From a virus (Duplodnaviria; Caudoviricetes): a stretch of DNA of 38,789 bases. The position numbers and the translations under genes are program-made. Below the pieces are notes generated by a model that did no database searches, had not been told where the DNA came from, and worked only from the letters and a program-made list of their open reading frames with translations. Where the stretch lies: IMG/VR virus record IMGVR_UViG_3300032213_002584, positions 1 through 38,789 of that record; one strand, written 5' to 3'. Shown piece after piece: positions 18,637-27,317 of this stretch. The stretch's first letter is position 1. Every line of letters begins with the position of its first letter.

Positions 18637-19230
18637 TTAAATATAGTTATTTATATAAGTTAATACTATATTATCTTTTTCGTCATCTAGATAAAGTTCT
18701 TCTGCACTATTAAAATCAAAATCATTTAAATCAAAAGCTTTAATATCTTCTTCTGCTTGATCGAAATCTTCATTGTTAGGTTCAAAATTTGCCTCGATTG
18801 TATAATCATTTAAAGCGGCTCGAGCAATATCACTATCTGCTTTACGATAAGCATCTTTTACAGGTTTACCGCTAACCATTCTAAGAAACATATTTACTCT
18901 AGCCATCGCCCATTGACCACGAGTTTTTCCTGGCCTATGAGAAGATGAAAATGCTCCAGCACCACGACGATAGACCTTCTTTAATTGACCCAATGTTACT
19001 TTCTTTTTGTACTTAGAATTATGTTCTTTAACTTTATTTTTTAGAGCCTCTATTACTTTTTTAGAAAATTCAATTGCTTTATCACTTTTTGTGCCTGCAC
19101 TTCCTGGCTTATTTCGTGATGATCCTTTTTTTCTTTCACTTGGTTTAGCTGGAGTTTGAGCTGAAGATTTTGGACCACGCCTTTTGGCTTTAATAAATTC
19201 AAAGCCATATTGTTCTGAATTATAGTCCAT
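18637..19230 (-). CDS. basic protein with a DUF5824-like domain; start corrected to ATG 19230
   Basis: LKKVYRRGAGAFSSSHRPGKTRGQWAMARVNMFL motif recalled as DUF5824-like; K/R-rich N-half, acidic tail. Confidence 0.6.
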   Translation of the reverse strand: MDYNSEQYGFEFIKAKRRGPKSSAQTPAKPSERKKGSSRNKPGSAGTKSDKAIEFSKKVIEALKNKVKEHNSKYKKKVTLGQLKKVYRRGAGAFSSSHRPGKTRGQWAMARVNMFLRMVSGKPVKDAYRKADSDIARAALNDYTIEANFEPNNEDFDQAEEDIKAFDLNDFDFNSAEELYLDDEKDNIVLTYINNYI

Positions 19231-19239
19231 AGTATAATT

Positions 19240-19245
19240 ATACAC
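19240..19245 (-). promoter_or_regulatory. GTGTAT motif, 9 nt before ATG
   Basis: GTGTATAATTATACTATG. Confidence 0.7.
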
Positions 19246-19281
19246 CTAATAGCGTATATATTTTAATTATTTTTAATTGTA

Positions 19282-20100
19282 TTAATAGAATCCTGATCTA
19301 TCAATATTATATACTATAATAGTTTTATATTTATCATAAAAATCTTTATTATCTATGTATTGTTTTTTCATTGTCCAATTAAATCTATAACCAATTTCTT
19401 TTAATTTATTTAATATATCAATATTAGTTGTATTAAAAGCTGCAATGTCTATTATAATACCAGTTTCATCAGATATTGATTTTATAGTAAAATTATGAAA
19501 TAAACATAAATAGTAACCATAAATTATATGATCAAATTGAGCGTATCTAATCTTACTGTAATTTATTAATGAAAAAAAATGATCAATGTGTTCTCTTTTG
19601 TATACTGGTAAATCACCCCAAAAAGTATAAATAGTATAGTTTTTTGTAATATTTTTTATTTCGTCTTGATACTTTATTGGAAATATACCAGCGGAATCTT
19701 TCATGATCCAATCATGTTCTGGAAAATCACTACCAAATATAATTTTTTTATTAAAAATATCAAATACTTTATTATATAATGTTTCATAATTATAATTTGC
19801 AGTTAATTCTATCTCACTATCACATACAATAAAATAATCATATTTAGAATCTTTTAATTGTTCAAGCGCATAAAATTTTTTATAATTAATTACTCCTTGA
19901 TGTCCCTCAATTGTATTTTTAGGCATAATAATTTTATTAATTTTTTCTTTGCGTTCGAATCCTCCATAATCAAATTCATCTGAAAAAACTAAAAATAAAT
20001 CACATTCATCAGTTAATTGATCTAAGTAATTATAAACATAATGATAATGTGGAGGATGTACTGATATTATAAATGCTATTTTACTATCTGATTTTTTCAT
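19282..20100 (-). CDS. putative GT-A fold glycosyltransferase-like protein (272 aa)
   Basis: IAFIISVH first strand; KKFYALEQL...YDYFIVCDSE (DxD-like) pattern; very AT-rich. Confidence 0.5.
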   Translation of the reverse strand: MKKSDSKIAFIISVHPPHYHYVYNYLDQLTDECDLFLVFSDEFDYGGFERKEKINKIIMPKNTIEGHQGVINYKKFYALEQLKDSKYDYFIVCDSEIELTANYNYETLYNKVFDIFNKKIIFGSDFPEHDWIMKDSAGIFPIKYQDEIKNITKNYTIYTFWGDLPVYKREHIDHFFSLINYSKIRYAQFDHIIYGYYLCLFHNFTIKSISDETGIIIDIAAFNTTNIDILNKLKEIGYRFNWTMKKQYIDNKDFYDKYKTIIVYNIDRSGFY

Positions 20101-20103
20101 AAA

Positions 20104-20730
20104 TTATATCTTAATTGATTCTTCTATTAATTTAGCTTCTGCATCTCTTCTTCTGCTCATGCCTTTTTCTATACTTCCACCTATCCATATTCTTTTCATA
20201 TTTCTTATTTGATTAGCTATAAAAGATAACGCTTTTTGATCAAAAATAGTTGTTATTGCCATGCCATCTCTTATTAATTTCATTTCGCGCCGTCTATCAC
20301 CTTCTAATGCATTTCCTCTATTAAATACAAGGCTAACTAATCCACCTTTTGCATCTTCTGGAAGATTATCAAAATTAGGAAAAGTTTCTTTTGTTAAATT
20401 CCAGAACTTTGTTACTGTTTTATTATTAAATACTTTTAATGCAAGATCCCAAGGAATAACTATATCTTTTAATCCTCTAATAAGATTCTTTGCATTATAT
20501 CCTTTGATACCAACTACTTTATATAATCTATCAAAAATTTCTTTAGGAAGATCTTTCCAATCTTCACTAAATTCTGCTTTATTTACATAGCCTAAATCAT
20601 AACCAACGCCAATTGTAACTCCGCTTTGACCTTCTGGCCAAGCTGGATTTTTTAAAAATTTATTATAATAGTTTTCTCCACCACCAACTTCAAATTCAAG
20701 AATAAGATCTAAGGATTTTTTGCTTAACAT
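20104..20730 (-). CDS. endolysin, lysozyme-fold muramidase (GH24/pesticin-like, 208 aa)
   Basis: LILEFEVG catalytic Glu, SGVTIGVGYDLG, LVSLVFNRG, GMSRRRDAEA. Confidence 0.85.
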   Translation of the reverse strand: MLSKKSLDLILEFEVGGGENYYNKFLKNPAWPEGQSGVTIGVGYDLGYVNKAEFSEDWKDLPKEIFDRLYKVVGIKGYNAKNLIRGLKDIVIPWDLALKVFNNKTVTKFWNLTKETFPNFDNLPEDAKGGLVSLVFNRGNALEGDRRREMKLIRDGMAITTIFDQKALSFIANQIRNMKRIWIGGSIEKGMSRRRDAEAKLIEESIKI

Positions 20731-20732
20731 AT

Positions 20733-22280
20733 TTATGTATAAAAGTTTTCTACTGGCAATCCATTTCCAAAATTATAAAGAGCTTTAATTTCAGATTCAT
20801 TTAACATCCGATTCCATATACCAACTTCATCTATTGCTCCATTGATTTGATAATTTGGAACGCCATCATAATAATCATTAGATAAATAAAAACCAACAAA
20901 AGCATTATCAAAAGTAGTAACACCAACAATATATTGAGTTCCAGCTAAATTACCATTGATATATAAATACATTTGATTTCTATTAACTACTAAAACTGTA
21001 TGATACCAAGTTCCTAAATCTGGAATAATACTTGTAGTTAAAGTAACATTGCCAGGAGTATTATAAAATTCAAATTGATTAGTAAAACTAACAAAAAGTG
21101 AAGCTACATTAGCTGGATCTGAATTTACTCCCCAAAGGTCTTGTTCTTGAATTGCATTATAAGCATTAAGTTTAACCCAAGATGAAATTGAAAAAGTATT
21201 ATCTGAAGAAACAGTATCATTGTATAAAAATCTACTATTATCAACTGCATCAAAATCAGCAGCATAATTTATTCTACCTATTGTATTAGGAATAGGATCA
21301 TTAGCTTCAAATAAATCATTTCCATTTACTAAATCTACTCTATTTCCGCTTGATTCATCTAGTTCCCAATAATGCAAGATACTTCCACCAAGATTTAAAT
21401 TAAAATTATAGTCTTCAAGTACAGTTAATTGAGAATTATTTGTTAGATTTATATTATCCCAACCCCTTCTATCAATAATGTGTATTCTAAAATAATTAGC
21501 TGGAAGACCTGCTGTTGTATTACCAAGAGTTACTCTCATGCTTCTATTTCCCATATTTAAAAAGTTTATATTTGTTATAGGACTACTTGTTCTAGCTTGA
21601 GTTACAATTGCATGTTTAGTGAAATCGATAACTATTCCAGATTGAGAGGCAACAAAAGCTTTAAAAACTGATGGAACATATCCCATTTCAGTTAATAGAA
21701 AATCAAAATAATTTTCATTTGTTGCTATGGTACTAAAGTTTCTACCATTTGATGCAGAATTTGTACTAAAATTATAAATTGATCCAGCAGTTAATATAGA
21801 TGTAGATACTCCTCCACTTCCAGTATTTGTTTTCTTAACTAAAAATAAAATATTTTTCGCAGTAGATCCATCTGAAATTTGTATATCTCCAGCAGCTCCT
21901 TGAGCAACATAAATTTCCCAATTATTAAAAGGCAAAATATTTTGAGATCCATTTGGATTAACCCATTGATAAGTGCCATCAAACCATAAAGCCCATCTTG
22001 ATCCATCATAAAACATATAACTTTCTAAAGATGAATGTTTATAACCTTCAACTATTGGAGTACCTCCAGAATAAATTAATGAATATTCACTACCATCTTC
22101 ACTAGCATATAAATTATAAGTTACTCCAGATTCAGTTCCTTCAAGTGGAAAAGATGTAATTGGCGAAGGAAAACTTATGTAATTATATGTTCCATTTATA
22201 TCTACTCCATCTTCAGTGACATCCCAATCAGTAAGAGATATTTGTTTTGGTAATTTAACCTGAGTTATTAATGTACCCAT
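20733..22280 (-). CDS. virion protein with C-terminal LamG/ConA-like domain (515 aa)
   Basis: HYWELDE..., FSISSWVK, GTWYHTVLV...LYINGNL, NGAIDEVGIWNRMLNESEIKALYN. Confidence 0.85.
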   Translation of the reverse strand: MGTLITQVKLPKQISLTDWDVTEDGVDINGTYNYISFPSPITSFPLEGTESGVTYNLYASEDGSEYSLIYSGGTPIVEGYKHSSLESYMFYDGSRWALWFDGTYQWVNPNGSQNILPFNNWEIYVAQGAAGDIQISDGSTAKNILFLVKKTNTGSGGVSTSILTAGSIYNFSTNSASNGRNFSTIATNENYFDFLLTEMGYVPSVFKAFVASQSGIVIDFTKHAIVTQARTSSPITNINFLNMGNRSMRVTLGNTTAGLPANYFRIHIIDRRGWDNINLTNNSQLTVLEDYNFNLNLGGSILHYWELDESSGNRVDLVNGNDLFEANDPIPNTIGRINYAADFDAVDNSRFLYNDTVSSDNTFSISSWVKLNAYNAIQEQDLWGVNSDPANVASLFVSFTNQFEFYNTPGNVTLTTSIIPDLGTWYHTVLVVNRNQMYLYINGNLAGTQYIVGVTTFDNAFVGFYLSNDYYDGVPNYQINGAIDEVGIWNRMLNESEIKALYNFGNGLPVENFYT

Positions 22281-22281
22281 G

Positions 22282-22695
22282 TTATTTTACCTTGTCTATT
22301 ACTTTGTCGATTATATTATCTTGAGCAACTTTTTCTTTGAGCCAAGAGTTTAAAACTCCAAAATAAACAAGATGTTCACTATCAATTAAAAATAATTCAT
22401 TACCAAAACTATCCTTATAAGGTTTAATTCCAGAATCTATTTTTAATTCTATTGCTTTTTCTTTTTTAAATTTAATTTTATACATTTCAATTAAATTATT
22501 ATAGCGTTCTCTGGCTTGTCTAGTAATTAATGCATCATCACCAACAAAGGAAATTAATCCACCATTATCTTTATCATATTGCTTTGGAGTACTTGCATCA
22601 TAAGAAGACTTGTCATCTTCTATTTTATTTGGTGTTACAGTTGCACAACCAATTAGGAAAAAATTAAGAACTAGTACGCTTGCGAATTTCTTCAA
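22282..22695 (-). CDS. lipoprotein, candidate o-spanin (137 aa, TTG start)
   Basis: MKK-hydrophobic-LIGC lipobox; AAGGAG SD inside the upstream 66-aa gene, overlapping it by 32 nt. Confidence 0.65.
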   Translation of the reverse strand: MKKFASVLVLNFFLIGCATVTPNKIEDDKSSYDASTPKQYDKDNGGLISFVGDDALITRQARERYNNLIEMYKIKFKKEKAIELKIDSGIKPYKDSFGNELFLIDSEHLVYFGVLNSWLKEKVAQDNIIDKVIDKVK

Positions 22696-22864
22696 GGTTT
22701 TTCTCCTTAACAGCTTTTTCTATTTCACTTTGATGATCAACTTCTTTTTGAGCTTCTTGACGCTCTTTCATTTCTTTTGTATTCTTGGCGCCGAATACGT
22801 TATTAATTGCTGAGAATATTCCAGATACCGCAGAGAGTAATGCTTGAATTATTCCAGTTGGCAT
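22664..22864 (-). CDS. small membrane-anchored coiled-coil protein, candidate i-spanin (66 aa)
   Basis: Hydrophobic/amphipathic N-terminal helix followed by an E/K coiled coil; overlaps the lipoprotein gene. Confidence 0.55.
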   Translation of the reverse strand: MPTGIIQALLSAVSGIFSAINNVFGAKNTKEMKERQEAQKEVDHQSEIEKAVKEKNLEEIRKRTSS

Positions 22865-22866
22865 GA

Positions 22867-23316
22867 TTACTCTACATAACTCGCTGTGGCATCTTTACAT
22901 CCAGATGCAATAGCGTTAAGTACCTTAATCGCAAGAGCTGTATTACCATCTAATCTTGCAAATTGTTGAGCATAAAGATCTTTTATTACAGTAACATAAT
23001 TTGCCCAATGAGTTTTTTCTGCTGGAAGATAATCGTTAAGAGCTTTTTGAAGTTGCTCTGGAGTTGGAGTAGTTCCAACTGTTAATCCTTCAACAATTGC
23101 TGCTACATGATTAATCATTTTAGCTTTTTCAATTCTATCGTTACCAGAAACTGCTTGATCAAGAACTACTGTGCAAGCTAATACAACTGCTGGCTTAACA
23201 TAAGGAAGAGTATTTTCAACACTTGTTGCAACATCAACTTTTCCAGTATTCGTTGTAGCACAAGCACCAAGAAATATGCTCAAAAGAGCAACTGCGGCTA
23301 ATTGTAATTTATTCAT
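22867..23316 (-). CDS. lipoprotein in the lysis cassette (149 aa)
   Basis: MNKLQLAAVALLSIFLGAC lipobox; GGAGA SD; overlaps the holin stop. Confidence 0.7.
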   Translation of the reverse strand: MNKLQLAAVALLSIFLGACATTNTGKVDVATSVENTLPYVKPAVVLACTVVLDQAVSGNDRIEKAKMINHVAAIVEGLTVGTTPTPEQLQKALNDYLPAEKTHWANYVTVIKDLYAQQFARLDGNTALAIKVLNAIASGCKDATASYVE

Positions 23317-23597
23317 ATATTTTCTCCATTTATTCTATCTTTTCCTTCAATTGTTTGAGTTACTGTTGTACCAGTAAATGCTGCATCTTTTACTGTTAAT
23401 GCAAAAATAATGCCAGAAACAACTGCGACTAATTTTGAAATTCCAATAATATAAATTTCTGCATGATCTGGAAGAAAGGCTACTAATGATGGATCAGAAT
23501 GAATTGCTATAGCAGTACAAACTGCTACAACTGTGGCTATTCCAGATGAACTAGATCTCCAATTAGGGCCAAATATTTTAGATAGCATAGTTTTCAT
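23313..23597 (-). CDS. putative holin (94 aa)
   Basis: NWRSS-G N-terminal motif, two hydrophobic segments, then VKDA; heads the lysis cassette. Confidence 0.6.
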   Translation of the reverse strand: MKTMLSKIFGPNWRSSSSGIATVVAVCTAIAIHSDPSLVAFLPDHAEIYIIGISKLVAVVSGIIFALTVKDAAFTGTTVTQTIEGKDRINGENI

Positions 23598-23603
23598 AGT
23601 ATA

Positions 23604-23609
23604 TTACAC
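23604..23609 (-). promoter_or_regulatory. GTGTAA motif, 6 nt before ATG
   Basis: GTGTAATATACTATG. Confidence 0.7.
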
Positions 23610-23646
23610 ATTATTATAATAGTATTTATTTTTAATATCTAATATA

Positions 23647-26100
23647 TTAATAAAGGAAAGTAACATCTACTGAATTACTAACCCCAGTCATTCCAATTAT
23701 ATAATTTGGTACTCTCAAAATCAATTGAACTCGATCCCCAAAATTAATATCTATATTGGGCGTTATTTCACCAGTGAAAATTGCAAGAGTTGCGTTGGCT
23801 GCATGTCTTATTTGTGTGCTTATTATTCCACTCATATTAGTTGTATTGTTTACAAAATAACCAGTAGATTGGTTAGTGGTAGAGTCTTGTTCTCTTGCAA
23901 CAGCTGTGTATGTTCCCCAAGAAGCATATTTAGCTTTACATTTTTGCATCATAGTTACTCTTCTTTGAGTCGAAATTACAGAAGCATCTAAAGCCTGTAG
24001 ATTGGCAAAATGATATGTATTATTATTCATATTTGTATTATCATGAGTAAATGTTGTTATAAAAACACCTTGTCCAGCAGATGCTTCCCCACTTAATAAA
24101 ACCCCTGTGCCATTTACCGTTGGACGAGAAGCAAATGTTTTAACTCCGCTAATAGTTTGATTGCCAAATGTTAATACTGAAACTCCGCTTAAATTATTTA
24201 TTTTTGTATTTAAAGTTGAACCAGTAGAAGCAAGATTAATAATTGTGGCAAATTTATTATCTGCTACTCCACTATAAGCTATAATTTCTTGAACTGATGC
24301 TATATCAGGCAAAGGTGAGAGATCACTATTTCTTGTGCTAATTCCAAATTTAAATTTATTGCTGTGATCAAATCCTATAATTGGACCACTATCATTTATT
24401 CCAGTAAGACCAACTCCAGTAACAAAGAAAATTCCGCCATCAGTTGCGCCACCAGATATATTTAAAAGAAGATATGGATTAGCTATATTAAGGACTGATG
24501 TATTTACAATAGTTTCTGTTCCAGTTACAATTAAATTATTAATAATTGTATTGCCATAAAAACTTTTATTACCAAATATTATTTGATTTCCAGTATTATA
24601 AACTAAATTATTAGCTAATATATTTCCATCTACTTCTAATTTTTCAGAAGGTATGTTTGTTCCAATTCCTATATTGCCGTTATTTTTTATTGCTAATCTA
24701 TTAATCCCTTGACTTGGATTTTCTGCTGTATAAAATATTATATCTCCACCTTGCCAATTATATAATTCAAACTTATCTTCATTAATGCCAAAAAATGCAC
24801 CTTTGCCTGCTCCACCGCTATTTAAAATTTCTAAAAATGTATCTTGATTATTCGATTGGAGACTTAATGTATATGGATAACTTGCATCTACTATAGTATC
24901 ACCAATTACTAAACGACCACTTATATTTTGATCACCAGTATTATAAATAAGATTACTTGCGTTAACTTTATTTAAAACTAAATTATTAGCATAAAGATTA
25001 TCAACATAAAGATCACCATCTATCTGTTCGTCTGTTTTAGAAACGTAAATTTGTCCATCACCATCATCAACTGCACTTTGATATTTTCCATCACTGCTGA
25101 TTGAAATACTACGCCAGCTTCTGTTACTCTCTTTTGCAATCCAAGAGTTTCCATAGTTTGAAGAAACGTAAATTTGTCCGTTATAAACAACTACACTCTG
25201 GTATTTACCATCACTACTTATTGAAACATTAACCCAGTTTCTGTTACTCTCTTTTGCAATCCAAGAATTTCCGTAGTCTGAGGAAATGTAAATTTGTCCA
25301 CCATAAACAACTGCGCTCTGATATTTTCCATCACTACTGATTGAAATACTCCACCAAGTTCTATTGCTTTCCTTAGCAACCCAAGAGTTTCCATAGTTTG
25401 AAGAAACGTAAATTTGTGCACCAGAACCAACTGCGGTTTGATATTTTCCATCGCTACTTATTGAAACATTAACCCAGTTTCTGTTACTCTCTTTTGCAAT
25501 CCAAGAATTTCCGTAGTCTGAGGAAATGTAAATTTGTCCACCATAAACAGTCGCAGTTTGATACTTACCATCACTGCTGATTGAAATACCAAACCAACTC
25601 CTCATGCTTTCCTTAGCAACCCAAGAATTTCCATAGTCTGAAGAAACGTAAATTTGTGCAGAAAGACCAACTGCGGTTTGATATTTTCCATCACTACTGA
25701 TTGAAATTCTAAACCAGTTTCTGTTAATCTCTTTTGCAACCCAAGTATTACCAAAGCTACTATCGACTAATCTGCTGGTATTTTGAGAGAGTTTTGTTCT
25801 TCCTAAGAAATATCCTCCATCATAATTTCCAGAGTATCCTACTCCAGCAAGATATCCACTTGGTTGAGAACTTTGTAAAAGGTTGTCTTGGAGAACTAAA
25901 TTGTTAGTGAAGCTTTTTACTCCACTGATAATTTGGTCGCCAGTATTATAAACAAGATTGCTTGCATTGACTTGATTTAAAACTAAATTTCCACTTGTTA
26001 GTCTTGTAAGATTTCCACTGACTATTCCTAATAAAGAACTATTAGAATAGGTATTAACAGTATCAATTGTAGAGAAGCTATTGACGTTTTTTGATGACAT
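23647..26100 (-). CDS. mosaic fibre protein with Asp-box/BNR beta-propeller repeats (817 aa)
   Basis: About six 40-aa repeats with SxDYGNSW; GNIGIGTNIPSEKLEVDG; shared SRPTVNGTGVLLSGEA module. Confidence 0.8.
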   Translation of the reverse strand: MSSKNVNSFSTIDTVNTYSNSSLLGIVSGNLTRLTSGNLVLNQVNASNLVYNTGDQIISGVKSFTNNLVLQDNLLQSSQPSGYLAGVGYSGNYDGGYFLGRTKLSQNTSRLVDSSFGNTWVAKEINRNWFRISISSDGKYQTAVGLSAQIYVSSDYGNSWVAKESMRSWFGISISSDGKYQTATVYGGQIYISSDYGNSWIAKESNRNWVNVSISSDGKYQTAVGSGAQIYVSSNYGNSWVAKESNRTWWSISISSDGKYQSAVVYGGQIYISSDYGNSWIAKESNRNWVNVSISSDGKYQSVVVYNGQIYVSSNYGNSWIAKESNRSWRSISISSDGKYQSAVDDGDGQIYVSKTDEQIDGDLYVDNLYANNLVLNKVNASNLIYNTGDQNISGRLVIGDTIVDASYPYTLSLQSNNQDTFLEILNSGGAGKGAFFGINEDKFELYNWQGGDIIFYTAENPSQGINRLAIKNNGNIGIGTNIPSEKLEVDGNILANNLVYNTGNQIIFGNKSFYGNTIINNLIVTGTETIVNTSVLNIANPYLLLNISGGATDGGIFFVTGVGLTGINDSGPIIGFDHSNKFKFGISTRNSDLSPLPDIASVQEIIAYSGVADNKFATIINLASTGSTLNTKINNLSGVSVLTFGNQTISGVKTFASRPTVNGTGVLLSGEASAGQGVFITTFTHDNTNMNNNTYHFANLQALDASVISTQRRVTMMQKCKAKYASWGTYTAVAREQDSTTNQSTGYFVNNTTNMSGIISTQIRHAANATLAIFTGEITPNIDINFGDRVQLILRVPNYIIGMTGVSNSVDVTFLY
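25036..25760 (-). repeat. 120-bp coding tandem repeat, about 6 copies, with 240-bp higher-order identity
   Basis: Blocks starting at 25141/25381 and at 25261/25501 are near identical. Confidence 0.92.
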
Positions 26101-26108
26101 AATATAAT

Positions 26109-26114
26109 TTACAC
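26109..26114 (-). promoter_or_regulatory. GTGTAA motif, 8 nt before ATG
   Basis: GTGTAAATTATATTATG. Confidence 0.75.
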
Positions 26115-27317
26115 TTAATAAATTAATACTTTAGAAGTATTTGAATATAAGACATTACCACTAGCGAATAATCCTTTTGTGCCAAAATCTGGATCTAAAT
26201 CAAAAGAAAATGCCAAATTAGCAGTTTTATTAGAACCGATAGATGAACTATAGTTAATATTATTAAATTTACAGCCACTAAATATTAATCTTGTAGGATA
26301 TACATTATTTGGATTATTACCAAAATTTACAATTATATTATAATCACTGTCAGCATTTAAAGTATTAAAAAATGAACCACTAAGATTTTCTTCTACAACA
26401 AAAGACATATCAACATTACCATTTACTGGAAATTGAATTACGCTAGTCAATGGAAATTTATAGTTTAAAGCTCTTAGAGAGTTTCTTCTGAAATCTAGAG
26501 AGAAGTTAAGGCTTTGAATTGTGTCAGTATAGAATAATACCCCAGTTATATTCTTAGTAAAAAAACTAATATTTGCATTTCCTGGTAAAAGAATATTTTG
26601 TCCACTTATACCAGTTTGGTTGTAGTCTAAATTTCTAGGAACAATTACTAATTGATTTTGAATTTGATTTATGCCAGATTTTATATCTAAAACTGTATAA
26701 TTTATTCCGCTTCCACTTGTATACAAAATCATATTATCTGCAGAATAATTTTGAGTTACTGTTGGTATATTACCTACTGAAATATTAAAAGAATATTGAT
26801 TAAGATTACAATGTTGAAAATGTAACAATCCATAATTGGGACTATTAAAATCTATTACATCATTTACTGAAGATGGATTAACTGAAGAATTTAAGAACTT
26901 TGCGTTTTGAGAAAATAAATCATTTTCATTTTTATTTATAGCAAGATAAAAATCTCGATCATTAATTAATGAGTCATTTGAACATAGGCCAGAAAACATA
27001 GGAACTTGATTTCTAGATTGAAAATTTGCTGTGTTAAAATTTAATCTATTCTCGTTTGTAAATCCATCTGGAATATAAGAAAAAGTAAAAGTAACTTCTG
27101 GTGGAGAATATACTCCATTGAAAATATTTTTCTTTTGATTAAAGCCAACTAGATTTGATCTATTTTGTTGAATTGAGTAATCAAAATTTTGTACTTTTTC
27201 TATTCTTTTTAAAATTAAGGAATTTGGTAGATAATAATCTGATGAAGCATTTTGTTCTCCAGAATATGGGGCGACAAATAATCCTTGTACATTGTAGATA
27301 ATTCTATTTCTAGGCAT
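26115..27317 (-). CDS. tail-tube-like paralog (400 aa)
   Basis: Colinear with 2442..3560: MPRNRIIY; IQSLNFSLDFRR vs IQSYSLSFDLTR; IQFPV vs IDFPV; SSSIGSNKTANLAFS vs SSDIGSNKSVTLNFS; GLFASG vs GLFFSG. Confidence 0.75.
   Translation of the reverse strand: MPRNRIIYNVQGLFVAPYSGEQNASSDYYLPNSLILKRIEKVQNFDYSIQQNRSNLVGFNQKKNIFNGVYSPPEVTFTFSYIPDGFTNENRLNFNTANFQSRNQVPMFSGLCSNDSLINDRDFYLAINKNENDLFSQNAKFLNSSVNPSSVNDVIDFNSPNYGLLHFQHCNLNQYSFNISVGNIPTVTQNYSADNMILYTSGSGINYTVLDIKSGINQIQNQLVIVPRNLDYNQTGISGQNILLPGNANISFFTKNITGVLFYTDTIQSLNFSLDFRRNSLRALNYKFPLTSVIQFPVNGNVDMSFVVEENLSGSFFNTLNADSDYNIIVNFGNNPNNVYPTRLIFSGCKFNNINYSSSIGSNKTANLAFSFDLDPDFGTKGLFASGNVLYSNTSKVLIY

Noticed and set aside
6590-25760. CRISPR array suggested by the regular repeats
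   Set aside because: All periods are multiples of 3 (33, 63, 120 bp), lie inside ORFs and lack unique spacers; no cas genes.
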